Program-made: the position numbers and the translations under genes
From: Carcharhinus amblyrhynchos
Taxonomy: Eukaryota
Direction: 5' to 3'
DNA: 64,000 bases
Assembly (NCBI GenBank): GCA_965287045.1
Contig: OZ336871.1
Location: 55,676,001-55,740,000 of the forward strand
Part shown: in pieces, positions 50,846 to 61,760 of the stretch
Numbering within the stretch: position 1 is the first letter of the stretch
Layout: each line of letters opens with the position of its first letter
Notes under the pieces: generated by a model
What the model was told of the DNA's origin: nothing
What the model saw: only the letters and a program-made list of their open reading frames with translations
The model's database searches: none

Positions 50846-52565
50846 AAAAGTTAATCAACCATTTGCACATGAATAGTACTCAAAACCTCACAGGTCACTC
50901 AGGTATGCACATAACAGTGGCTATCAGCTTCTGACCTCATCAAGTGCATAAATGTACAGGAGTAGCAACCATAGGACACACTCAAAAATCCCCAGTCAAA
51001 TCAAAGGTAATGCATTTCTAAGTCTCAAAGAAAAATTAAGTTTTTTATATTTAAGCTTTAACACAAATGATCAGAGGGAACATGAGAGCAAGGGTACTGT
51101 GTAGAGCTCCCCCTACTGTGACATGAACTCCTACGGCAATATGATTGAGGACTACTGCCTATAGCCTATAATGACAATGTGCTTGATGCAGCACCAAGAA
51201 AGCAAATAAATGGCTCAAGGTGGTTCACAACGGCTGCAAGGATTTAGTCCACTCACTGATAGTCCCCAGCTATTATTAGTTCTGTATAAAAAGATCATAC
51301 ATAACGTCCGTGACTCTAACCAGCTGTATTAAAGCAATATTACAGGAATGAATGAAAACCCTAGATCAGTATTTAAATATTTATATAAATATAAATATTT
51401 ATATAAATGGCCCATTTACCAATCACACCTAGGCTTGCTAATTTACATTGATGCCTGGCTTAACAATGTCATGAGCTTAAAATTTACATCCTTGTATTCA
51501 ATCATTTAATGGCTTCATCCCCTCTTATCTTTGTATCCTCCTCCACCCAAGAACTCTGCATTCCACCAATCCTGGCAACCTGTTCAACAGGAGTTTTTTT
51601 AAATTGCTTCATTGGCTGCTATGCCTTCATTGGCTGCTATGCCTATGGCAATATGATTGAGGACTACTACCTATAGCCTATAATGACAATGTGCCTGGAC
51701 TCGTAAGCCCTGGAATTCACTCCCTAACCCTCTTCACTTCTTAAAACTGATATTTTTGTCAAAATTTTTGGTTATTTGACCTAATTGCCCTTATGTGGTT
51801 CAATTTAAAATTTTGTCTGACAACGAAAGGCCTTGGGATATTTCACTACATGAAAGGAACTATGTAAATGGAAGTTGGTGTTGTGATTATGGCAATTGTC
51901 TGAGGCAACAAAAACAGGTCAAACTGCATCTGTGGAGAGAAACGTACTTAATGGGCAGAATTTTACGAGATTTTTTCCAAGTGTCCAGCTAGCATGAAAA
52001 CGGGAGAGTTCCTGATTCGTTTTTCAGAATAATTTTTTTCATGCCCAGTCATATGCACTGACTCTTTGAAAATATGGGCTAGATCATTTCTAGCCAGTAG
52101 AGTCGGGCCTAATTCACCAGACAGCTTGCAGCCTGCACAGGAAAAAGAACCCAGATCTGCTGACAGAACCAGCACCCACCCCGCCCCCCCCCACCCTGGG
52201 CCAGATACACCCTCCCCCTCCCCTTCAGGAACATCAGAGACCACCCCCCAACATTACTGACTCCTTGGACTTTCTTGCACCAAGGCCCCCTCATCACCCC
52301 TCTGTCCCCTATGGTTGACTGACATGACCCTCTCTCTCTCCCCTGCCGCCGATCATCACAGAGGCACAAATCCCACCCCAATCACCACACCAGTAAGTGC
52401 TGACTTGGCTTCCCTTCCAGTGGAACAAGGCAAACTGTATTAAACTCACTGGAATCTTCTAACGGGTATGTGACTCGCCCCAAACTGTCTACAGCTGATT
52501 TACCCTAATAAGGGACAACATAAAAATACCAAAGGTGGACAGAAAGACAGGCAGTGAAGGAAGAA

Positions 52566-52806
52566 ATGGCCTCCAGGAAGACAGCTCCCTATTTCACAGA
52601 TGCTGATCTGGCCATGCTACTAGAGGTGGTGGAGGCAAGTCAGGACACTGTCTCTCTACCCAGCAGGACGCCTTCCCAGAGGAAGGGATAGATATCTAGC
52701 CTAGGAGGCGGTGGCAGCGGCAGCATGCATTAGTGCCAAGGCACTGCCTAGGAGAACCAGGAAACAGTGCCGCAAGAAACTGAATGACCTAATCCGGGCT
52801 GCAAGG
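52566..52806 (+). pseudogene. Transposon Myb/SANT-like DNA-binding exon, disrupted
   Basis: MASRKTAPYFTDADLAMLLEVVEA...A*EAVAAAACISAKALPRRTRKQCRKKLNDLIRAAR|gttgagt. Next acceptor ccccacag| at 53018. Contains stops and a frameshift. Confidence 0.75.
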
Positions 52807-53261
52807 GTTGAGTATTTAACTTCGTAAATTTAGTCCCCCTAAATTTACCCCAGATCCCCCACCCCCAGTACCCTGCATGCTTTCAGCCCCTGACCTCCGA
52901 GCACCTCCCTTTTCCCCCTCCCAAGAGTATCACTACCCATGACCTCTTAGGGCCACCCCCTGATACCCCGCAGGACACATGCCATCACAGTTCACATGGC
53001 TCCTTCTATCCCCACAGGAGAATACCCATAATCGCCAGGAGAGGGCAGATGAGATTCTGCAGCCCAAGGCTGAGAGGCTTGAGAGCTTGCAGGGGGCCCA
53101 GCTGGGCACTGCCAAGACACAGATGGCTATGGCAGCCACCCTTGAGAAAGTGGCCCAGTTGCAGAGGGTCATGGCTGAGGGGCTGCAGAGCATGATGTGC
53201 CTGAGATCTGGGTCTCATCCTTTTTGAAGAGCAGGCACTGGAGCTTGTGGGAGAGGAGGAC

Positions 53262-53706
53262 GAGAGGCTGAATAAACTAGGCTTGTACTCGTTAGAGTTT
53301 AGAAGAATGAGGGGAGATCTCATTGAGACGTATAAGATGATGAATGGGATGGATAGGATAGACGTGGAGAGACTCTTCCCGCTCAAAAAAGACAGTAGGA
53401 CTAGGGGGCACAGCCTCAAGATAAAAGGGGGGCGGTTTAGAACGGAGTTGAGGAGGAACTTCTTCACTCAAAGGGTGGTGAATCTCTGGAATTCTCTGCC
53501 CGTTGAAGTGGTGGAGGCTGCCTCGCTAAATATTTTTAAGACGCGGGTTGATGGGTTTTTGATAAGAGAGGGGATTAAGGGTTATGGGGAGAGGGCGGGA
53601 AAGTGGAACTGAGCAGCGACAGATCAGCCATGATCTTATTGAATGATGGGGCAGGCTCGAAGGGCTAGATGGCCTACTCCTGCTCCTATTTCTTATGTTC
53701 TTATGT
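53262..53706 (+). mobile_element. Young CR1 3' end (same subfamily) inserted in the Harbinger-like element
   Basis: Near-identical reverse complement of 39985-40430. cttatgttcttatgt tail. Confidence 0.95.
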
Positions 53707-54948
53707 AATAGCATGGTTGGGCTGGAGCATAGAAGTGAGCACTTGCCAATCCTCCATGTGTTGGAGAAATCTCCAGGAAGTGGCATGCAGCCCAGATTCC
53801 TCTCCCTCCCTTGCACTTAACCTGAAGTCCTGTGTTGCAGGACAGGACTCTGATGTGCCGGGGCCATCTGGCATCATGGCCGCCACTGCTGCTCCCATCC
53901 ATGTTTCCTCCAACAGCTCAGAAGATTCCTTGGAGGAAGTGGATGAAGGGAACTCCGAGGCCAGCACCAGTTTTGCTTCCAGCTTCCATCTTATAACTCA
54001 CATTTCAGAGAAACTCACATCGGTGGATCGTTAGTGGTGAGGCATCTGGGTCACTCTCTGGTGCACATGACACATCTGCTGATGTGGAGGTGGGAATATC
54101 CAAGGCATGCAGGGGCCTGCAGAGGCAAGGATTCAGCTGGCCTCTGGCTACATGCTGGGCCTCTGTGATCACTTCTGTCTCAGCTGCTGGAGATGCAGCA
54201 GCAGAGCCACAGAACGCAGGAGGGACTGACAGCCACACTGGACCGACTGCATGACTGTTGGGAGGAGTCCCAAAACTTTCAGCAAGACAGCTATTGCCTG
54301 CCTTGAATGGTTCCCAGGCCAACACTGCAAGAGTGGCATCTGTGATGGAAAGCCTGGGGCAGAAAGTCCTCACCATTATGGCAGAGTCCAAGTGATGGCT
54401 GAGTCACAGCAGGCCACGGCGGAGTCCCAAAGGGCCACAGCCCAGTCACAGAGGGCCACAACCAAGGGACTGAACAGGCTTCTCGAGATACTGCGGCCCA
54501 TGGCCAAGAGCTCAGGAGTCCCCGCAGGACAGTGCCAAGACACAGTGGGCTATGGTAGTAGCCCTTGAAAACGTGGCCCAGTCACAGAGGGTCATGGCTG
54601 AGGGGCTGCAGAGCACGGCCCAATCTCACGGCCCAAGGGCACTTGCTGCTGCCATTGATAGGTGGCCTTCGCTGCAGAGGGCCATCACAGAGGGCTTGAC
54701 CACCGTGGGAGGAACACAGGTGGTCCTTCAGAACTGGCAGGGCCAGGTGATGTTGGAGCTTCTGGAGCTCAAGCAGAGGAACCGCCATGCCATGGACTGA
54801 CCTAGGAGCCCACAGGAACCCCAACACAGGAGGAAGAGCTCGGGGCCTTCAACCCAGGAAACTGCAGCTACACCTTCTGACTGACTCCTTCCTGACACCA
54901 GGCAGTGGGATGGAGGGTGTCATGGCTATGTCCCTGACACCTGGAAGC

Positions 54949-55848
54949 CACAGTAAAAAGTCTGACAACACCAGGTTTTAGTCCAACCTATTTATTTGAT
55001 AATATTCTCACAAGCTTTCGAGGGGTTACCCTCTTCGTCAGGTGAATGGAGAGTTCTGGCCTCAGACAGAGCATATAAAGCACAGACAGTTTAGAGATTA
55101 CTGATTAAAATGCGAATCCTTACACCTAACCTGCTGTTCAAGACCTGAAGTGGCTGACAATGTGAGTGGTAGGAGCACTGATCACAGTTTAAAGAGATGT
55201 GTATTGTCTCCAGACAGTACAGTAAGTGAGGTTTTGCAAACCCAGGCAAGTCACGGGGGTTACAGATAGTGCGACATGAACCCAAGATCCCTGTTGAGAC
55301 CGTCCTCATGTGTGCGGAACTGTTGGCGAACACTTCAGTGGTCACGGGCATTCAGCCTCTGACCTTCGGGTAAGCATTCTCCAAGGCGGCCTTCACAACA
55401 CACGACAGCGCAGAGTCGCTGAGCAGAGACTGATAGCCAAGTTCCGCACACATGAGGACGGTCTCAACAGGGATCTTGGGTTCATGTCGCACTATCTGTA
55501 ACCCTCGTGACTTGCCTGGGTTTGCAAAACCTCACTTACTGTACTGTCTGGAGACAATACACATCTCTTTAAACTGTGATCAGTGCTCCTACCACTCACA
55601 TTGTCAGCCACTTCAGGTCTTGAACAGCAGGTTAGGTGTAAGGATTCGCATTTTAATCAGTAATCTCTAAACTGTCTGTGCTTTATATGCTCTGTCTGAG
55701 GCCAGAACTCTCCATTCACCTGACGAAGAGGATAACCCCTCGAAAGCTTGTGAGAATATTATCAAATAAATAGGTTGGACTAAAACCTGGTGTTGTCAGA
55801 CTTTTTACTGTGTTTACGCCAGTCCAACGCCGGCATACCCACATCATG
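54949..55848 (+). mobile_element. Young 5'-truncated Penelope-like retroelement with fold-back structure (373-bp arms) and GIY-YIG C-terminus
   Basis: Arms 54949-55321 and 55440-55812. Peptide VGEHFSGHGHSASDLRVSILQ...AEQRLIAKFRTHEDGLNRDLGFMSHY* is typical of the end of a PLE endonuclease. 36-nt tail. TSD acctggaagcca at 54939-54950 and 55849-55860. Confidence 0.9.
55714..55755 (+). ncRNA. Minimal type I hammerhead ribozyme motif in the PLE pLTR (mirror copy on the - strand at about 55006-55047)
   Basis: ttcac-CTGACGA-a-gagga/taac/ccctc-GAA-AGCT-T-gtgag: core, stem II, palindromic stem III and stem I are all present. Confidence 0.75.
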
Positions 55849-57925
55849 ACCTGGAAGCCAGCCAGAGCCCTCAAGGTCCAAGCCCTCCAGAGGACGATTG
55901 CCAAGGGCATTACAGACCATGGGGTGCAGTAGGCAGCTGGGCACCTCCACCTCTGATGTACAACCTAGGGAGACACCAAGATGTAGTGGTAGGCACATAA
56001 GGTTAAGACATTGCAGCAGCCATAAGATGGCACAGGTGAAGAGCAACACCAGAAGATAGAATATTTAGGCAGTTTAAAGTCTTATGTTCACATGTTTTTA
56101 TATTATCACTTATTTTGAAAGCACTATTATTAGCAACAATAAATATTATTTTACCTCACACCTGTGACTAACTGGTTTCTGATTAGCCTCTAACAGGAAT
56201 GTACTTACGCTGACAGTCACTGGAAGGACCCTGCACATTGATGTCAATGGGGGAAGCCTCTCAACACACTGCTACTAAGAAAATCAAGGCACTCAAATAA
56301 TTCACTGGCTACAGCGGGTGGCATTCATTGGCAGGGACTTAATAACATTTGCCATTGACATCGCCAGACCCATGAGAAATTCCTTCCCCTACCTCCTCCC
56401 CCATTCCATTGTCTTGGCTCCTGCATGGGGGTTTAGTGCTCCCTTTACCCACCACCCAGATGTGGACCCAGGTGCCAGTGTGCATGCGGAGCTCAGATAG
56501 GAGTTAGACTAGGTTGCACCAGAGCATCATCACAATGGCGCATAGTGAGTTGTCATCACCCTCCTGCCTGCCGCAGAAACTTGCTAACACAGCGTAACCC
56601 GGCCCACCACTCTGGTGTTACAATGTTATAGGAGATTGTAGGATTGCAAGGGGTGTTTTACCAATTTTACCACCCCTAATCCCCGTCTGAGGCGGTTTGT
56701 AATATTACAGCCAGTGTCAGTGATTGAATTCTCAAACAGCCAACCTGCAATTATCTTGTTAAAACATTAAATTTGGGGGTTCTGGCAAGGTAAAAGGACT
56801 TAATACATTAACCTGATAAATAGTTATATTATTGAATTTCTCCTATGACTGTATGAGTCAATTGTTCATAACACCAAGGCATTTTGTTAGTTCATGTTGC
56901 CCAGCCTCAGAATCACAATAAGGCAATGTGGTAGTGAAATATTCATTACATTCTGTATTTTGTCTTCAGAACCATGTCTATTTATTTATGACCTGTTGAC
57001 TTACAACGTGTAGTGAATATCATCAATTTATGCTTAGAAACTGCACTACTGCCATGTATCATTTGTGTCGTATATCAACTGAAAACTAAGCCAATTGATG
57101 GTTTGCTCATTGAGTTGTCCAGGATCCTTGCTGCTTTCCCATCTAGCATTTATTTAACAGCATGAACTTTCAAAAAAAAAAGCTGCAATAGGTGTGTGGG
57201 GCTATGATTTGCTGCCAACACATTTTATTGCTGTAGACTTTACAGAAAAGCAGGTGCTGTGTGGTTCATCACAGTTGTGACAATAAACACTACAAGTCAG
57301 TGTCTTACATGCCTGTCACAACTGGTCAAATCATTAGAAAAGTCCTTTTTGCATTTCACATTTAATGGCATGTAATTGTGTGGAAAATGGACCAACTCAA
57401 AATTCTAACTACTTCAATATCCAAAAACAAACTTTCTCTGCCCTCGAGCAACATTTAGGATTACTCTTTAAATCTGTTAAAATTGGAGTGTCAGAAAATC
57501 AAATTGATATTTATGCCATTAGCTGTTCTGTGTTTTGGTAATAATCCTACAGGATTAATAATTAGTGATCTTGCACCTACTGACTGCACAAGAGGGGCCC
57601 AAACTGGAAAATGACTGCTGTATATCTGATTAACGGGAGGTCATTTACAAAATTCCTGAAATAACATTGTTGCAGTGTTCTATAACAAATTATAAATTCT
57701 CTTGGGCTTCCATTGTATTTTATATTTACTAATATCTAGTCATCCACTACTGCTGTTAAAGCACCTGTTTAGAGGCAATGTAAGAGCCTTGGTTTAGGGT
57801 TATGATTGCTTGTGTCTACCCTAGTTGAAACAATGCAAATGTAGGTCAAAACATCAAAATTTAGAAGTATTGGAGTGTTTTACAATCACAAAATATACCT
57901 AACATATTCATGCGATTCTCTACAG

Positions 57926-58097
57926 GGTCACCATGTTTGGAAAGGACAATTTGATGAATGCTGAAAATCTTGGAATTGTTTTTGGGCCTACATTAATGCG
58001 ACCCCCTGAACAGAATACACTGGCGACCTTGAATGATATGCGATACCAGAGACTGATTGTCCAGCTGTTGATTGAAAATGAAGATGTCTTGTTCTGA
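57926..58097 (+). CDS. CHN2: Beta-chimaerin last coding exon: (R)[56 protein letters not shown]
   Basis: Acceptor ttctctacag|[17 protein letters not shown] motif. C-terminus IENEDVLF* is CHN2-like. TGA at 58095-58097. Confidence 0.96.
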
Positions 58098-59605
58098 TAA
58101 AGGAAAACAATATGAAGTAAAATCAGCATTGTAGTTACTATTTGTGACTGAGCTGCAAAAGGCACTGGTGCTAGTATCTCCTGGCAAGATTGGCTATGTA
58201 GACTTAAGAAGTCTGTGGTGCTGCAGATGAATGCTAATGTATTCCCTGTAGCCTGTTAGGCAGTTTATGTTTAATTAAGAGAATTGAAGTTGGAAAAATG
58301 TATCCTATTATACTACATGCTTTCCACCAACAATAGGACAATGTTATATTATACAGGAAAATCTAAGCAAAAATGGTATGTGACTACCACAAGCTACAGA
58401 GTTGGTATCTTGCTTTTAAAATCTAAGACATATATGCTTATTCAGTAAAGCCAATAATCAAAATTCCACTCCAACGTTATCTTGGTGCAGAGTGGGTGTA
58501 TTTTTATTTGTAATGATAGTATTTACCTGTTTTGTATGTGAATTACATCACAGAAATTTGAATTGCACTAAGTGTCTCAATGAATTGGTATATCAGCTAA
58601 TTTATACCTATACATTTTCCAAGAATTAGAACTCATTAACTTGAAATGATACGTCAGCTACATTTACAAATTATCAATGTACTACAAATGATCAATTTTG
58701 TAATAATTGTGGGAAATAATATACCATCCACATGCAGCTATAAAGAATGGTATACCAATAGGTAATATTCTTGATTTTAATTATCAGTGAACACTTTTTC
58801 TCTTCTCTTCAAAGTTTCCCCACTGTATTTGCACTCAGTCCACAAGGAGATCTAGATTAATTGTCACATTGCTGTATTTATGACTGGTGCAGAGTGATTC
58901 ATGGAAGGCTGATTTAATTTGTATATATGTATAAAGCTGTGTTTAGTTATCACTTTGGCAAAGATAAGTCACCAAAGTGAAGATTGTAGAAGGAAGGATT
59001 TTATGTAGTCCTTCCACTTTATATCTTTTTGTGAGCATTAGCTTTAATTCCTGGTCATGATGCACAGCTGCATTTCAAAACTGTCGAACATCATATCTTC
59101 ACAGCAAGTTTTTTCATACATCACTTTGGTTTAAAAAAACTGATCAAACCATTCATATTTTACAATGGCACATTTATAATCTTCTTTGGTCCCTAGTAGA
59201 TGTTGTTAATTCATCTTTTCAAAACAAATATATTTAAACTAGATGAAAAGCTGTTTGTTTTATGAAGTGTTCTGTGGATACGATTTTGATAGTTTTCAAA
59301 TGCAAATATATGTTTTAACTAAATCAAATGCTGCAGATGTTTAAAAGACCACTTTTTAAATTCTTTTGAGATGTAAATTTTCATTCGTTTAGTGAACAGA
59401 GCATAGTCACTGGTACCTACGTATGAAATATTTTGCTTTCAAAGCTTTTGGCTATTTTATTTCTCATCTAATAATGTGTAAAATGATACCAGATTTACTT
59501 TGTAAATTAAATAATGTACTGTGAAAATTTTATTAAATGTACCATTAAATTTAAATCCTGCAAGTTACTGATTTGTCAATAAATGACCAGGGAAAAGTTT
59601 TTGTC
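58098..59605 (+). other. CHN2: Putative CHN2 3'UTR
   Basis: AU-rich stretch with no recognisable repeat, from the stop codon to the ATTAAA/AATAAA cluster. The end is inferred. Confidence 0.55.
59578..59583 (+). promoter_or_regulatory. Candidate polyadenylation signal AATAAA (ATTAAA alternatives at 59532 and 59544)
   Basis: Canonical hexamer followed by U/GU-rich sequence (gtttttgtc...tgtctgtattgt) and then an interspersed repeat. Confidence 0.5.
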
Positions 59606-61171
59606 ACTAGTTCAAGCTCTGAATGTCTGTATTGTGGAGGAAATTTCAATAATATGTGAATTTAAGGATGTAATTTATAAATGGAGATAAGCTGAAATAT
59701 TTTGCTGCATCTTACAATGTACAGCTGTAGGTTTTGTTACCCACTCTAGTAACCTGAGCACATAATTTAGGCAGATACATCAGTGTATTGTTGTTGGTGC
59801 CACCTTTTGGATGAGTCATTAAACTGAGGCCCTATTTGTGTATCTCAAAAACTGACAATGCAGCATGCAAAAACAAAAGTGTGCTTGCTAACATTCATCA
59901 TTCAGCCAAAAACAAATTACCCGGTTATTTATCTCTTTGTTGCTGGTGAACCCATGTTTAGTACAAATCATCTGCCATGTTTCTAACAATGACTTAAAGC
60001 ACTTATGGCCGCTAAGTACTTTGAAGCATCTTAAGGATACATAATCAGAAATAAAGGTCTGTTCATTTTTGTCCCCCCTTTTCATCTAATTGTACAAAAC
60101 TATGGCTAACGATAGGTAAAAATAGGTCCACTAAAATTTTGGAGAATAAAGATATTAATGATAACTTTGATGTTTTGTGCTATTCTTCCCCTTTCCCCAA
60201 ACTAATTTATTTAATCAATTTAACTTTCTTTACTTTTAAGTTAATCTCGTGCACCTATTTCCTAAGGTACTAAACTGCAAAGACTCAAAAATAGGATCCA
60301 AATTAACTGCATGCATTATTGAAGGAAAGGGCGCAGCACACCACCTTTGTAAAGGGGTTTATTTGCACACACCTAATGAACATTGTATACAGTGCAGAAA
60401 GATGATGAGGTGAATCGGATTGCAATACTGGTTTGCAGCCACTGCTGCCATTCTCATATTCTATAACCAGCCAACTTAACCTCATATACACCTGAACAAG
60501 ATGTTGAACAAAATAAAATATCCCCTCCAATTCAATTTAAAGGGATCATGAAGTACTCATACGTTAGTTGCTGGATTACTTGTTCTGGCTGTAATGCAAC
60601 GGTACACATTTTTAGTGATTGTGTGTTCTTGGCGTACCGTTTTATGTAGGGACTGGTCTAGCTGTTCTTGGAGGATGATTGCAAGAGGCTCTGTGGATGA
60701 CAGCACTTTTTCAGTGGTTGAGGTTAGCTCATATATGACAGAAAGCAATTTGGGGGCTTATAATAATCATTAAAAATAAATCTAAATAAATCTGTCAGTT
60801 ATGATAAATGAAATGTGTTTGTCAACACCTTGTAAAGTAATTCAGAAAAGAACATAGCTATACAATTGACCATTAATATCCACTTCTATGTAACAGACTG
60901 TTTGATATACCAAATTTAAATCAATCTTATTGTGCCTTTCAACTTAAAAATGTGACAACAATAACATGAGGACTTCTTGAATCTGTTAATGAAAGATAGA
61001 ACTATACAGTTGGAAAATGAGAATTATACCAGTTGGACCTCTCATTACATCAAAGTATTGTTCTTGTATCATCTTAGTATTCAGTTATTTATGTCGTCCT
61101 TTGTAAACTAAATGATAACTTGGATGAATTTTTTTTCAACTTGTTGAGCAAGTTGCAGAATTACATCTAAT

Positions 61172-61570
61172 ACCTACAATAGACGTTAAACTAACCGGCC
61201 TATAATTCCCTGTCTTTCGCCTGGCACCCTTCTTAAACAATGGCGTAACATTAGCCACTTTCCAATCTTCCGGCACTTCCCTGGAATCCAGCGATGTCTG
61301 GAAAATAACCACCAAGGCATCCACTATCACCGCCGCCATTTCTTTCAGAACCCTTGGATGCATTCCATCCGGTCCTGGTGACTTGTCCACAATCAGTCCC
61401 TCCAGTCTGTCGAGCACCGCCTCTCTAGTAACAATAATGACACCCACCAGCGTCTTCCTCCCTTTGCTGTTCCTAATCTCCACCCACAACGATTCCATGT
61501 TCTGCTCGTTGGTTCCTATATCATCCCTTGCTACCACTGTGATGCTATCCTTAATCAGCAGAGCTACGCC
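61172..61570 (-). mobile_element. Internal CR1 ORF2 fragment with in-frame internal deletion
   Basis: GGVALLIKDS...ESLWVEIRNSKGRKTLVGVI is fused to IVTREAVLDRL...KSPGPDGMHPRVLKE...GNYRPVSLTSIVG. Confidence 0.9.
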
Positions 61571-61760
61571 CCCCCTCCCCCTCCCCCTCCCCCTCCCCCC
61601 CCTCCCTCTCCCCTCCCCCCCCCCTCCCCTCTCCCTCCCCTCTCCCCCCCACCTCCCCCCCCTCCCCTCTCCCTCCCCACCTCCCCCCCTCTCCCCTCTC
61701 CCTCCCCTCTCCCCCCCACCTCCCCCCCTCTCCCCTCCCCCCCCCTCTCCCCTCCCCCCT
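61568..61760. repeat. C-rich low-complexity tract (G-quadruplex-capable on the - strand)
   Basis: About 190 bp of (cccct)n-like sequence. Confidence 0.95.

Larger units (their letters stand above)
51953..56712 (+). mobile_element. Decayed PIF/Harbinger-like DNA transposon with an intron-containing Myb/SANT-like gene; hosts a CR1 and the PLE hairpin
   Basis: Left end gggcagaattttac is similar to the reverse complement of 1530-1597. Myb-like exon at 52566-52806. The right end (gtaatattacagcc) is degenerate and uncertain. Confidence 0.65.

Noticed and set aside
51374-51408. AT-rich 18-bp tandem duplication with internal palindromes
   Set aside because: Simple slippage in low-complexity sequence.
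57272-57324. 11-bp perfect stem cagttgtgaca / tgtcacaactg with a 31-nt loop
   Set aside because: About what chance gives in 64 kb, and too short for a pre-miRNA.
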